The notes beneath the pieces are model-generated. The model did not search any database. It was given only the letters and a program-made list of their open reading frames with translations, and had not been told where the DNA came from. The translations under genes and the position numbers were made by a program. Positions 46,712 to 57,400 of a stretch of DNA of 64,000 nucleotides are shown in pieces; position 1 is the first letter of the stretch, and each line of letters starts with the position of its first letter. The DNA comes from Bacillota bacterium (GTDB taxonomy: Bacteria; Bacillota_I; Bacilli_A; RF39; UBA660), in NCBI GenBank assembly GCA_015059405.1, contig SVAL01000005.1:34016-98015 (forward strand). Direction: 5' to 3'.

Positions 46712-47425
46712 ATGGAACGTTTACAAAAGGTTATTGCAGCTAGTGGAGTGGCATCTAGAAGAAAGGCAGAAGAGTTAATTTTAGCTAAGAAAGTTATGGT
46801 TAATGGAGAAGTTGTTTCTGAATTAGGTGTTAAGGTTAGTGAAAAAGATGAAGTTGTAGTAAATGGTGTAAAGATAAATAGAGAAGAAAAGGTTTATTAT
46901 TTATTAAATAAGCCTCGTGGTGTAATTACTTCTACTAATGATGAAAAGGGTAGAAGTACTGTTGTATCTTTAATAAATGATGAAAAACGTATTTATCCAG
47001 TAGGTAGACTTGATTATGATACTACTGGTGCACTTATTTTAACTAATGATGGTGAGTTTGCTAATATGATGATGCATCCTAGTAATAATATTGATAAAGT
47101 ATATGTTGCAAAAATTAAGGGTATTTTATTACCAAGTGAAATCATGGCTTTAAAAAATGGTGTTTTACTTGATGGAGTTAAAACATCTAAGGCAAAAGTA
47201 AAAGTAAAAAAAGTTGATAAAGAAAGTAATACTTCTATTGTAGAAATTACTATTCATGAAGGAAAGAATCACCAAGTAAAGAGAATGTTTGAGGCTGTAG
47301 ATAAAGAAGTTCTTAAATTAAAAAGAGAAAGAATTGCATTTTTAGATTTAAGAGGTTTAAATTCAGGTGAATATAGAAAATTAAGTCATAAAGAAGTATC
47401 AAAACTTTATGTCTTAGCAAAGTAG
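46712..47425 (+). CDS. rluB: Pseudouridine synthase of the RsuA/RluB family (S4 domain plus catalytic GRLDYDTTG).
   Basis: MERLQKVIAASGVASRRKAEELI S4 N-terminus, then GRLDYDTTGALIL. Confidence 0.85.
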   Translation: MERLQKVIAASGVASRRKAEELILAKKVMVNGEVVSELGVKVSEKDEVVVNGVKINREEKVYYLLNKPRGVITSTNDEKGRSTVVSLINDEKRIYPVGRLDYDTTGALILTNDGEFANMMMHPSNNIDKVYVAKIKGILLPSEIMALKNGVLLDGVKTSKAKVKVKKVDKESNTSIVEITIHEGKNHQVKRMFEAVDKEVLKLKRERIAFLDLRGLNSGEYRKLSHKEVSKLYVLAK

Positions 47426-47429
47426 GGGA

Positions 47430-48026
47430 TTGAACGTGAAAACTATTTTAGTTTATGAAGATGGTAGTGTTAATGAGTATGAATTAGACTATGATCAAGA
47501 ATATATGAATATATGTTTAGAAGAATATAGAAAAACTTTTTCTTTATTAAGAAAAGGAAGATGCATTATAAATAAAAATGCTTCTGAAGTTAATTTGAAA
47601 AAGATTGCGGGATGTATGGATGAGTTTGTATCCATGAAAGTTTCTAGTAGTGATTGTGATGATGATTACTTCGTTAGTTTTGTTGGTGCGATTAATCCAA
47701 CTGTTTATAATATTTTAAATAGTAAAGAAGGATTTAAGTTAGATAATTCAAGAATTCATGCGTTATATGCGTGGTATCAAGCTATTAAAGATAATTCTTC
47801 AAATGAAAAAAGAGATTTATCACTAGCAAATTTTGATTATTATAATTTAGATGAAAAAGTTGATTTACATACTAATATTGCATCTTTATTATCAGATGTT
47901 TCATTGGAATATGTTGGTAGTGTTGATACTACTTTAGATGATGATTTAATTAAAGCAAGAAGAAATGCTCTTTTTATAGAAGAGTTTTCTATTAGAAGAA
48001 ATGGTGTAAAGAAATTGAAAAAGTAA
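47430..48026 (+). CDS. Hypothetical protein, first gene of a coupled 5-gene unit.
   Basis: TTG 47430 or GTG 47436 start, 4-10 nt after the rluB stop. No domain recognised. Confidence 0.5.
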   Translation: MNVKTILVYEDGSVNEYELDYDQEYMNICLEEYRKTFSLLRKGRCIINKNASEVNLKKIAGCMDEFVSMKVSSSDCDDDYFVSFVGAINPTVYNILNSKEGFKLDNSRIHALYAWYQAIKDNSSNEKRDLSLANFDYYNLDEKVDLHTNIASLLSDVSLEYVGSVDTTLDDDLIKARRNALFIEEFSIRRNGVKKLKK

Positions 48027-48112
48027 ATTTTATTTACTTTTTTATTTTGTCTTAATATTGAATTGAAACTTATAATTATGGTATGATAATTGTGAATAAT
48101 ACGGAGGTATTT

Positions 48113-49540
48113 ATGGACTTTGATATACTAACAAATTTATTAAATAATAAGATGGTTTCTTTAGAAGAAGAATTAGCAAAAGAAGAAAAGAAGATAAGAG
48201 AAATTGGTAAGTTTCAAGAGATAATTAGAAGAATTAAAGAAGATCCATTTATTTTATATACTCCTAGTGGTGAAGGTTTTATCAAGTTACTTGGACTTGA
48301 CGAAAAGAAAATGTTATCATTAAGAACTATTTATGATGGGTATTTAAAATATGGAAGAGAAGCAATTCCTCAAATATCAGTTGTTGAAGAAAATACTGAA
48401 GGTATAAAGAAAGATTTAGAAAGTAAGATTTTCTTTTTATCAGATGTAGTTGCGAAACATCAAGGAAATGTTTTGGTGCTTGAAGGTTATAGAAAGTTAA
48501 ATGAAGAAGTTTCTAGTGAAGATAGTTATATTTCACAAATAGATACTTTAGTTGATTTATTAAATACTTCTGAATTGAGTATAGAAGAAAGAGTTAGACT
48601 TTTAAGTTTAGTTAATGCTAGAAATGTAATAATTCAAACTAAGAAAAAAGAAGAAGTATTAAAAGAGTCTTTAGTTGAAAGTGAAAAAGAAAGTAATTAT
48701 GCGACAGCTATTTCAGCAATGAGAAATGAACTTGAAAATAATTATGGAGAAGATTCTTTAAAACATCTTGAAGTTGTTTCAAATCTTTTAAATAATTGTA
48801 GTAGTTCTTTAGAAGTAGAGGAAATATTATCAGGATGGGATTATTCTTTAGGTATTTCTTATTCTAAGATAATAGATGGTGTAATTATGCTTAAGAATAT
48901 TGAAATTCTTGAGTTAAAAGAAACTTTTGGGGAAGAAGATTTAGATGCTAAAGAAGAGATTAATTCTATTAATGAACAAATAGCGGTTTTATCTAGTTAC
49001 AAAGATAGTATTGAAATGGATAGAGAAGCAGTAGTTGTTGATACTACTAGTAATATGAATGAATATGAAAAAGCAATATATGAATATAATCCTGATCCTT
49101 TAAGTTATCCTAATCGTGTGTTCTTTTTAAATAATGCTGTAGGTAGAGATATTGATAGTATTAGGGATAAAGAAACTTTACAAGATTTATTTGTGCTTAT
49201 GGAAAATTTAAAGAAGGGAAATGTGCAACCTAAGACTTTATCTGATACTTCTGCAAAAGAGATTAAACCTTTTAAAAGAGGAAGACAAGCAAGAATTAGA
49301 TATGATGTCCTTGATGATAATGTTTGTGTAATAGTACAAATTATTGAAAGAAAGTCTGATAAATGTCGTGGGGAACAACAAACTTTAAAGCTTAGACAAA
49401 AAGAAGTTCCTGCTTTAGAAGAAAGAATGAAAGATCCTGAATTTGTTTCAGAATTAGTTAATGTTACAAAGGTTCATTCTGAAAAATTATTATCTTTGAT
49501 TACAAAGAGTTCCACTAATAAAGTAGGAGGTGTTTCTTAA
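48113..49540 (+). CDS. Hypothetical protein.
   Basis: GGAGG at 48101-48105, then ATG 48113. The C-terminal segment IKPFKRGRQARIRYDVLDDNVCVIVQIIERK is faintly RelE/ParE-like. That is inference only. Confidence 0.5.
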   Translation: MDFDILTNLLNNKMVSLEEELAKEEKKIREIGKFQEIIRRIKEDPFILYTPSGEGFIKLLGLDEKKMLSLRTIYDGYLKYGREAIPQISVVEENTEGIKKDLESKIFFLSDVVAKHQGNVLVLEGYRKLNEEVSSEDSYISQIDTLVDLLNTSELSIEERVRLLSLVNARNVIIQTKKKEEVLKESLVESEKESNYATAISAMRNELENNYGEDSLKHLEVVSNLLNNCSSSLEVEEILSGWDYSLGISYSKIIDGVIMLKNIEILELKETFGEEDLDAKEEINSINEQIAVLSSYKDSIEMDREAVVVDTTSNMNEYEKAIYEYNPDPLSYPNRVFFLNNAVGRDIDSIRDKETLQDLFVLMENLKKGNVQPKTLSDTSAKEIKPFKRGRQARIRYDVLDDNVCVIVQIIERKSDKCRGEQQTLKLRQKEVPALEERMKDPEFVSELVNVTKVHSEKLLSLITKSSTNKVGGVS

Positions 49541-49758
49541 TGAGTGTTGTTAATGAACAAATGAAAAAACAAGGAAATGACATTTTTAAAGATGTTATTT
49601 TAAAAAAGAATAGATTAAATATTAGTACTTATAGAATATGTTTAGACTTAGATTTAGAAGAAGAATTAGTTGCTGATTATTTCTTAGGTAATTGTAAAGA
49701 TAATTTGTTTCTTGGAATAGAGATATTAAATTATTTAGAAAGATATGAGAATAATTAG
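49540..49758 (+). CDS. Small hypothetical protein.
   Basis: 72-aa ORF with start-stop overlap (TAATG). RBS ggaggtg. Confidence 0.45.
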   Translation: MSVVNEQMKKQGNDIFKDVILKKNRLNISTYRICLDLDLEEELVADYFLGNCKDNLFLGIEILNYLERYENN

Positions 49759-49769
49759 TGGGGGTATTT

Positions 49770-51560
49770 ATGAGAAAGAAGAGATCAATATTAGATAGAA
49801 CGATTGCTTTAGTTGATAAGAGAAAAACTAAAGCTGAAGAAGATTTTTGTAATTTTGATGATGTTAGTGATGATTTATCTTTAATAGATAGAACTTTTAA
49901 AAATGATGGTTTAGATAGTTTGAAATCTTTAAGCGAAGATGATTTTAAATCTTTAGTAAGCAAAGTTTATAGTGATAAAGAATTAGATCTTGTTAATGGA
50001 TTAGAAGGTGCTTATTTCCTTTTTAAAAATGATATAGATCTTGTAGATAGTCAAACTAAAAAATTAAATGATTTTGTTGGAAGAGTTAGATCTTTAAAGA
50101 AGAAGTTAACTAATTCTCAAGATAAGTTTTCTGTACTTGTTGAAAAAATAAAAGATTATGAAGAATTAGAAAAAGAGCTTGCCATTGCTAAGAAAGATGG
50201 AGTTATTTCTAATGATTTAGTGGATAAAGTTGCTTTAGTGCTTGGTTTTGACGATAAGACTAAGTTTGAATATTATGTTGATGTTTTAAAGTTTAATAAT
50301 GATAGTTATAATGCTTTACAAGTATTAGTTTTAACACCACAAGAAGAGACTAAAGATTTAATAGATATAGATGATTTAAGAAAAGTATTTTCTAAGTATG
50401 GATATGATTTATCTAGTTTAGATTCTAAATATATTAAGGCATTACAAGAAGAAGGTAATTTAGAAAACATAGATGGTGTTTTTAAAGCAATTACTGATAA
50501 TAGAATGAGTTTTTTACAAGAGAAAAGAAAGACTAATTTATTAACTCAGTTTTTGTTAAATTCTAATGAAAAAATTATAAATGAAGTATGTAGTGTATTT
50601 AAAGATAATTATGTAAGTAGTAGTTTCTTTACTAGTTATTTACCTGTATTTTTCCCATCTGAAGATAGAAGAAGTATTAAGTCTAGAAAAAGAAAGAAAA
50701 CAGGAGAAAAAAGGGAAAAGAAAGAAAATGTTGATGGTGAAGATGATTTAACTGTTAAGGGATTACATAGGGATTTTATTAAGAATTTAGAATATATGAA
50801 GAGTAATTTTGATGTTGAAGAAAAGACGTTGTTAGAAAGAGGTATTAGACTTTTAACTCTTACTCATGATGCTTTACTTCGTCATATTGAAGAACTTGAA
50901 TTATATGGTTATGATGTTCATGATTCTAAGTTTCCTTTATCAGCTATTGGGGCGAGTAGAATAATGGATTCAACTGATTGTTTTATTGAAGTTGGTGAAG
51001 AAAATTATATTAAAAGATTTGCGTCTAGATTATTGTTTACTTGTGAAGATATTGTAAAAAGAATATATGCTTATCAAGAAAGTGGTCTTGAATATCATTC
51101 TGAAGGTAGACAGGGTGCGATTAAAACGAATGTTATTAATTTATGTAGTGATTGTGAATTGTCACAAATGACAATTGATAGTTTAGTTCCTGATTGTGTA
51201 TCTGGATTATTAAAAGAAAATAAATATAAGGAATTATTAGATTCGTACTCACCTAGAAAAATATCTGAAAAGACTTTAAGTGATCCAGTTATTGTATCAT
51301 TAGAAGAAAGATTTAAAGTAAGTGATTCTGTTTATAAATTTAATGATGTTATGATTTCTAGAAGAAAAGTACTTCGTAATTATGAATTTTTAATGAATAC
51401 TGATTTAATCGATTCAAATGAAAAGGATCCACATAGAATGCTTTTAGTTTCTACTATAAATAATTCTTTATTAACAGAAGTAGAAGTTGAAGAAATTGAT
51501 AGGAGAATAAGTGAAGTATTAGGAATTAAGGGAGGTAAAAATGGACTTTCTAAAAAATAA
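49770..51560 (+). CDS. Hypothetical protein.
   Basis: RBS gtggggg, then ATG 49770. About 596 aa. No domain recognised. Confidence 0.5.
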   Translation: MRKKRSILDRTIALVDKRKTKAEEDFCNFDDVSDDLSLIDRTFKNDGLDSLKSLSEDDFKSLVSKVYSDKELDLVNGLEGAYFLFKNDIDLVDSQTKKLNDFVGRVRSLKKKLTNSQDKFSVLVEKIKDYEELEKELAIAKKDGVISNDLVDKVALVLGFDDKTKFEYYVDVLKFNNDSYNALQVLVLTPQEETKDLIDIDDLRKVFSKYGYDLSSLDSKYIKALQEEGNLENIDGVFKAITDNRMSFLQEKRKTNLLTQFLLNSNEKIINEVCSVFKDNYVSSSFFTSYLPVFFPSEDRRSIKSRKRKKTGEKREKKENVDGEDDLTVKGLHRDFIKNLEYMKSNFDVEEKTLLERGIRLLTLTHDALLRHIEELELYGYDVHDSKFPLSAIGASRIMDSTDCFIEVGEENYIKRFASRLLFTCEDIVKRIYAYQESGLEYHSEGRQGAIKTNVINLCSDCELSQMTIDSLVPDCVSGLLKENKYKELLDSYSPRKISEKTLSDPVIVSLEERFKVSDSVYKFNDVMISRRKVLRNYEFLMNTDLIDSNEKDPHRMLLVSTINNSLLTEVEVEEIDRRISEVLGIKGGKNGLSKK

Positions 51561-51828
51561 AGGTTTTACTGAAGATGAAATTAATAAGATTATTAATAAA
51601 TATGATGGTTCTTTAGATAGTTTTATGTTTATTTCTGATAATGTTGAAGATGTTATTGATTATTTAGATAGTTATGGAATAAAAAATGTAGCAGAATTGA
51701 TGCTTCAAAAGATTGATATATTTTATCTTCCGGTAGATAAGATAATGGAATTATTTTCGCATTATAATAGAGAATATATTATTGAATCTTTAGAGGAAGA
51801 TCCAGCTATCTTTGATGAATTAAAATAA
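51541..51828 (+). CDS. Small hypothetical protein.
   Basis: 95-aa ORF overlapping the previous gene by 20 nt. RBS gggaggtaaaa. Confidence 0.5.
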   Translation: MDFLKNKGFTEDEINKIINKYDGSLDSFMFISDNVEDVIDYLDSYGIKNVAELMLQKIDIFYLPVDKIMELFSHYNREYIIESLEEDPAIFDELK

Positions 51829-51851
51829 AAAAGACTCGAATGAGTCTTTTT

Positions 51852-52046
51852 TTAGTCTTTCTTTTCTACGATTGCACCTGTTGGGCAACTTTCTAAAGCA
51901 TCGTTAAAGTCTTCAGCATCACTTTCAGATACTTCTTCCATAATTACTTTAGATAATCCTTCATCATCAATTTCAAAAATACTAGGCGCGATTGCTTGAC
52001 AAGCTCCGCATCCAATACAATTTTCTCTTATTACTTTTGCTTTCAT
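51852..52046 (-). CDS. Small [4Fe-4S] ferredoxin.
   Basis: CIGCGACQAIAP...ESCPTGAIV, the classic single-cluster ferredoxin motif. GGAGG RBS (minus strand) precedes the ATG at 52046. Confidence 0.8.
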   Translation of the reverse strand: MKAKVIRENCIGCGACQAIAPSIFEIDDEGLSKVIMEEVSESDAEDFNDALESCPTGAIVEKKD

Positions 52047-52160
52047 ATTTATTCCTCCATAAAACATTATAATATAAATAAAGAGTATATACAATTTAAA
52101 ATTTTATTTACTGAATGTAAAGAGATATGATAGAATAAGGTTATGATAGGAGGTATAGAT

Positions 52161-53000
52161 ATGGAAACTAGATCTTCAAGATATGTTGATGAGACAGTAA
52201 CAGCTAAACCTAAGATGAGTCGTGCTAATAAAAATAAATATTTATATGATGAGGTTAATAATAAGATTGGATATGAGGAAATAGATAGTTTTTCTCATTA
52301 CAATGGTTTTGAACTTGATAGTACTACTCCAATAAAAACTAGGGAAGAGTATCAAAAGACAAAGGATTATTCTTTTATTTATGATGATGAAAAAACTATA
52401 AAAAAAGAAGAAAGAGAAATAGAAGAAGAACGTGTATATGATATAAATTCTGTATTAGAAGAAGCAAGAAAAAATAGAGTTGTTTCTGAAGATATGGAAA
52501 AGAAAAGAAAATTACAAAATGCGGAATATAGTATTTTGGCTGATTTAAATAAAAAGTATGTTTCTAAGAAAGAAAGACTTGGAGAAGATCTTGAAAAAGA
52601 AGGAATACAAGAACTTATTGATACGATTACTTCAAAGACTTTAGCAAATGATATAGAAGAAGAGGATGATGGAAAAGACTTGATGAGTGATTTGATGGCT
52701 ACTAATACTTTAACTGAACTTCATCTTTCTGAATTGGAAGAAGAGATTGCTAAAGAGATTTTGAATGAAAAAATAGAAGAGGAAGTCGAAAGTGATGAAG
52801 TGGTTGAAGAGGATGGTAAGTTAGTTAATTCTTTTTATACTAAGAGTATGGATTTATCTGAACAAGACTTTGAATTTAAAGAAGAGATAATAGAAGAAAA
52901 TAAAGAAAAGAGAAAGATACTTATATTAGTAGTATTAATAGTTTTAGTATTAATAGCAATTGGTAGTGTCTTTATATTAAAAAAGATAAATATTATTTAA
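52161..53000 (+). CDS. Glu-rich coiled-coil protein with a C-terminal TM anchor.
   Basis: GGAGG at 52150-52154, then ATG 52161. Acidic repeat-like region, then ILILVVLIVLVLIAIGSVFIL. Confidence 0.5.
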   Translation: METRSSRYVDETVTAKPKMSRANKNKYLYDEVNNKIGYEEIDSFSHYNGFELDSTTPIKTREEYQKTKDYSFIYDDEKTIKKEEREIEEERVYDINSVLEEARKNRVVSEDMEKKRKLQNAEYSILADLNKKYVSKKERLGEDLEKEGIQELIDTITSKTLANDIEEEDDGKDLMSDLMATNTLTELHLSELEEEIAKEILNEKIEEEVESDEVVEEDGKLVNSFYTKSMDLSEQDFEFKEEIIEENKEKRKILILVVLIVLVLIAIGSVFILKKINII

Positions 53001-53040
53001 GAGATGAAATAGATTCATCTCTTTTTTCATATTATGTAAT

Positions 53041-53727
53041 ATGTTTATAAAAAGATTTGTTTTAGTACTTTGTTTGGTTAGTCTTTGTGTAGGGTTATCA
53101 GTTACTTTTGTTGGTAGGGTTGTTGAAAAGAAGATGACTAAATATGTTTATGATGAAGTTAATAAGACATCTAAGATGTTAATTAGGGATATTTTGGATG
53201 AAAAATTTATTAGTAAGTTGGATTTGGATAATTTATTTATTATTATGAAGAATTCTTATGATGAAATTGAGTTAATAGATTTTGATATTACTAAACTTAA
53301 TACTATTTTAGGGATAGTTAGTGATGAGGTTTCTCATAAATTTAAAGAATTTAATAGTGGTAAAGGCTTTGATAGTTATTATAGTTCTAATTTAATAAGA
53401 CGTTATGATAATGGAATTATGCTTAGTGTTCCTTTAGGAGTTATTTTAGGTAATCCGTTATTTAATAATATTGGTCCCAGAATTCCAATTAAGTTGAAAT
53501 TTAGTGGTCAAGTTGATTCGGATGTTGTTACTTCTATTAAGCAATATGGTATTAATAGTGTTTTACTTGAAATGAGTATAGAGATAGTGGTTAGACAAAA
53601 GGTATCTTTTTCTCTTAATAGTGAATATATAGAGGTTTCTTTGTCTTTACCGCTGGTTATTGAATTAATTTCTGGAAAAGTACCAGAAAACTATTTAAAT
53701 GGAGAAAAGTTTGGTATAATAGAATAA
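53041..53727 (+). CDS. Sporulation protein YunB-like.
   Basis: N-terminal TM. ...GVILGNPLFNNIGPRIPIKLKFSGQVDSDVVTSIKQYGINSVLLEMSIEI parallels YunB (GPKIPVRF...EYGINNVL). Confidence 0.5.
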   Translation: MFIKRFVLVLCLVSLCVGLSVTFVGRVVEKKMTKYVYDEVNKTSKMLIRDILDEKFISKLDLDNLFIIMKNSYDEIELIDFDITKLNTILGIVSDEVSHKFKEFNSGKGFDSYYSSNLIRRYDNGIMLSVPLGVILGNPLFNNIGPRIPIKLKFSGQVDSDVVTSIKQYGINSVLLEMSIEIVVRQKVSFSLNSEYIEVSLSLPLVIELISGKVPENYLNGEKFGIIE

Positions 53728-53802
53728 GTTTGTATTTACAAATGAATATATGTATGTTATATTACTTCCCTTACATGTATGGGATGTAAGAAAGAGGTCT
53801 AG

Positions 53803-54087
53803 ATGAAGAATTTTAAATTTAATGAAATTGAGTATAGTCTTGAAAAAAACTATAAAGATGCTTTTAATTATGAAGAAGTAGCTAGTTTATGTACTGATTA
53901 TTTTGAAGGTTTTGATTATATTTTTGGAGATTATTCTTACTCTAAATTAAGACTTAAAGGTTTTTACGATAGTACAAATAAAAAGGCAAAAGATATTAAT
54001 GATATTAAGGGATTAGATGATTATATTAAGAATTATTGCTCCTTTGATTGCAAATATTTTTTGTTAAGAAAAGAAAAAGATAAATAA
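53803..54087 (+). CDS. DUF1027/YutD-like protein.
   Basis: 94 aa, with FDYIFGDYSYSKLRLKGFYD like YutD. A hairpin cttacat-gtatggg-atgtaag lies just 5' of the RBS. Confidence 0.45.
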   Translation: MKNFKFNEIEYSLEKNYKDAFNYEEVASLCTDYFEGFDYIFGDYSYSKLRLKGFYDSTNKKAKDINDIKGLDDYIKNYCSFDCKYFLLRKEKDK

Positions 54088-54154
54088 TTGTTGAAATATA
54101 TTGTAAAATCGTGTTAAAATTATAAGTAGTAGAGAATTAGAGGGAGGCAATTAT

Positions 54155-54433
54155 ATGTCAGAAGAAAAGAAAGTGATGTCTATAGTTTTAGAAGATGGTT
54201 CAATTGATGAAGTTGAAGTTCTTTTATCTTTTGAATTTACTGATACTAAAAAAGAGTACATTGTGTATACTAAGAATGAAACAGATGATAATGGTAATGT
54301 AACTATTTATGTTGCATCATTAGTTAGAAAAGATGATAGCGAACCTGTATTAGGTAGTGTTGAATCTGACGAAGAGTGGACTAGAATTAAGAGTGTTTTA
54401 AAAGAATTATCTAAACCTGATACTGAAGAATAA
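54155..54433 (+). CDS. DUF1292 (UPF0473) family small acidic protein.
   Basis: 92 aa. Pattern IVLEDGSIDEVEVLLSFEF...KEYIVYT...EEWTRIKSVLKEL matches DUF1292. Confidence 0.5.
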   Translation: MSEEKKVMSIVLEDGSIDEVEVLLSFEFTDTKKEYIVYTKNETDDNGNVTIYVASLVRKDDSEPVLGSVESDEEWTRIKSVLKELSKPDTEE

Positions 54434-54458
54434 ACAATAATAAAAGGAGGTTTTTATT

Positions 54459-57400
54459 ATGTCAGAAGAATATGGTAGTGCTGGTCTTGTAAGAAAGACT
54501 GAGGCTCCAGAACGTGCGGTCAAAGGAAGTAATCCTAAGAAAGCTAGATATACTGGTTTATCAATTGCTAGTTTAAGGGAAAATATTGCTCGTGGTCGTA
54601 TTGATAGTAAGATTGAAAAATATAATAGAGAATTTGAAAAATTAAAAGAACTTGCTAGTGAAGTAAATCAAGGTCGTAAAGACATCGAAGGAAAAGATGG
54701 TGAAGAACTTGGAAGTACTTACAGTGATGTAATGGTTAATATTGAAAGATATAATGCACAAGCTAAGAAACTTGCTAAATTAGGTGTGCAAATTTTAGCG
54801 TTTGATGAAGATATTCAAAAAATTACATTAGCTGGTAATAGTGCTGCTAAGGCTATTAGAGTTCCTGGATTCTTAATTGGACCTTTAAGAATGCTTACAA
54901 AAGCAGGTCGTGAAAAGGCAAGACTTGAAAAAGAAGCTAAAGCTGAAAAGAAAGTATTAGAAGAGCAAATGTTTGATGCTATTGTTAATACTGCTCAAGA
55001 AGCTATTGGTCAAGAAGTAGAGGGAAATATTGATGTTGCTAAGTTCGATAGTATTTCTACTATTGGGGACGCTAAGGATGTTGCATTAGGTGCAATTAGT
55101 AGTGAAGGAGAAGTTGCTCCTCCGACTGTAGATGTTGAAGACACTGAAGTAGTAGCACCTCCAACAGTTGAAGGTACAGTTGAAAAAGTAGTTATCAATG
55201 ATGAATTATTTAAAGAAGCAAAAGCTAAATGGGAAAAAGGTATCCATAACGTGTTATCAGAACTTGTAAATACTAGATTACAAGAAGTTAATTCTGCTGC
55301 TACTGAAATAGAAGGATTAGAAAAATTAGGAAGATATACTAATAGTGATCGTTTCTATGTTAAAAAAGCAGGGGATGATATGTTAGTTGGTTATGTACAT
55401 GGTAACCAAAGACCTGATTCTATAACTAAAGATGTTTTTGCTGAAGCTTTAGGTATTGAAAACGAAGAAGAACAAACTAGATTGTTTAATAGTTTCATGG
55501 ATTTATGCTTAATGCGTGATGCATGGGAAAAGGCTGCTTCTAAAGGTGATATCGCTAAAACAATTCCTGAAAAAAGAGAAGTTGTTGATGGTGTAGAAGT
55601 TGTTACTCCTGAAATTAAACCTTTACCTGGTGCATTACATGGTGAAGAAGGAATCTATGATGAAGATAGAGTTGTTGTATTTAATTATGTAATTAGTTCT
55701 GTTAGAGATGGTAAGTCTCAAGAAGAAATAGTTGCTGGTATTCCTGATGCGTTTGATGAAGAACAAAGAAAAGTAGTTGAATCTTTTGTTTCTAATTATG
55801 AAGTATTAACAAAAGGAGTTGCAGCTTTAGATGAATTTGTTGCTGCTAAGACTGCTACTTTAGTAGAAGAACCAGTAGAAAAAACAGAAGAAACTGGAAT
55901 GTTTGCATTCTTAAAAACTAATTTTGGACAATATGGTGTTGGAAAAGGTAAGTTAAAAGGTGCTGAAATTGATGTTCTTTACATTAAAGGTGAAAAGGGA
56001 GAAGCAAAAGAAGTTGTTAATCCTGCTAAATTCGCTGAAATATTTAATGTAGGTCCTGAAATGAGTAGGGAAGATATATTAAATTTATATGGTGCTTTCA
56101 CTAAAACAGTTAAGTTTGCTAATGTGTGGGCAGAAGTTGCTAACAAGAGAGTAGATGAAACTATTTATGAAGGAACTATTGAAAATGAATATAAAGAATC
56201 AGCTTATGATTATGATAGAAAACCAGTATTTGACTTTATAGTTAATAGTGTTAGAAGTGGTATGAGTGCTGAAGAAATTATTGAAAAAGCAAAAGAAACA
56301 GAAATTTTCAATGAAAATCATATTGAAATAGTTACTACAATGGTTACTGATCATTATGATTTAGTAAAAGATGCTGCTAGTATCTATTATGGAGATAAAC
56401 CAATTAAGAAAGAAGATGCTGACTTAGTTGATATGGAAAAAGCAGCTGTTAAAGAAGTAATTGCTGAACTTGTTGAAAAGAAATATGGTAAACCAAAGAA
56501 AGCTACTGAAGATGAAGACGAAAATGTTGTTACTGGTGGAGAAACTGGTGATGATGAATTTGTTGATGAAGAAGTTGTTGGTGGAGGTTCAACAGGAAGC
56601 GATGATGAAGTAGTAGATGAAGAAATCGCTGTTGATGAAGATAGTTATGTAGCTAAGATTGGAAAATTAGTTAATGAAATTTCTGAACTTGCTAGACATA
56701 GAGATGCATTAGAAGCTGCTTTAGGTAGTGAAGAAGCACAAAGACAATTAGATGCATTAAATAATCTTATTAATGAAAAATTAGCACAAATCGATGAGTT
56801 AACTAATAATAATGTTGTTGGTTTAGCTAGAAATGATGATGAAGATGAAAAAAATAATACTACAGGAGTTGGAACTGCTACAGGTAGTGAAGGTGAAGTA
56901 GTAGACGAAGAGGAAGTTCTTGATACTGATGATGAATTTGCTCAAGTACTAGATGAAGAAGCTGGTCTAAGTAATGAAGAGTTAGATGAGTTATTTGAAG
57001 GTTATGAATTTGTAGATGGTGTTCATAATTTTAGAGTACATGTAGAAAATTTTGATGATGCACAACGTTATGTTTGTGCTGTAGGACAATTATTATTTGA
57101 TCATGAAAGATCTAATATTCAAATTGAAGTTGGTCCTAGAGTATTAGTAGAAGAAGAAGAAGTTCTTGATACTGATGATGAATTTGCTCAAGTATTAGAT
57201 GAAGCTGCAGGTACTGGTGCTGCTGTTGTTGATGCAGATGAAGATGAAGTAGTTGTTGCTGGTGGTGCAACTGGAGTAGATACAGTTGTTGAAGATGAAG
57301 TTCTTGATACAGACGATGAATTTGCTCAAGTATTAGATGAAGCTGCAGGTACTGGTACTACTGTTGTTGATGCAGATGAAAACGAAGTAGTTGTTGCTGG

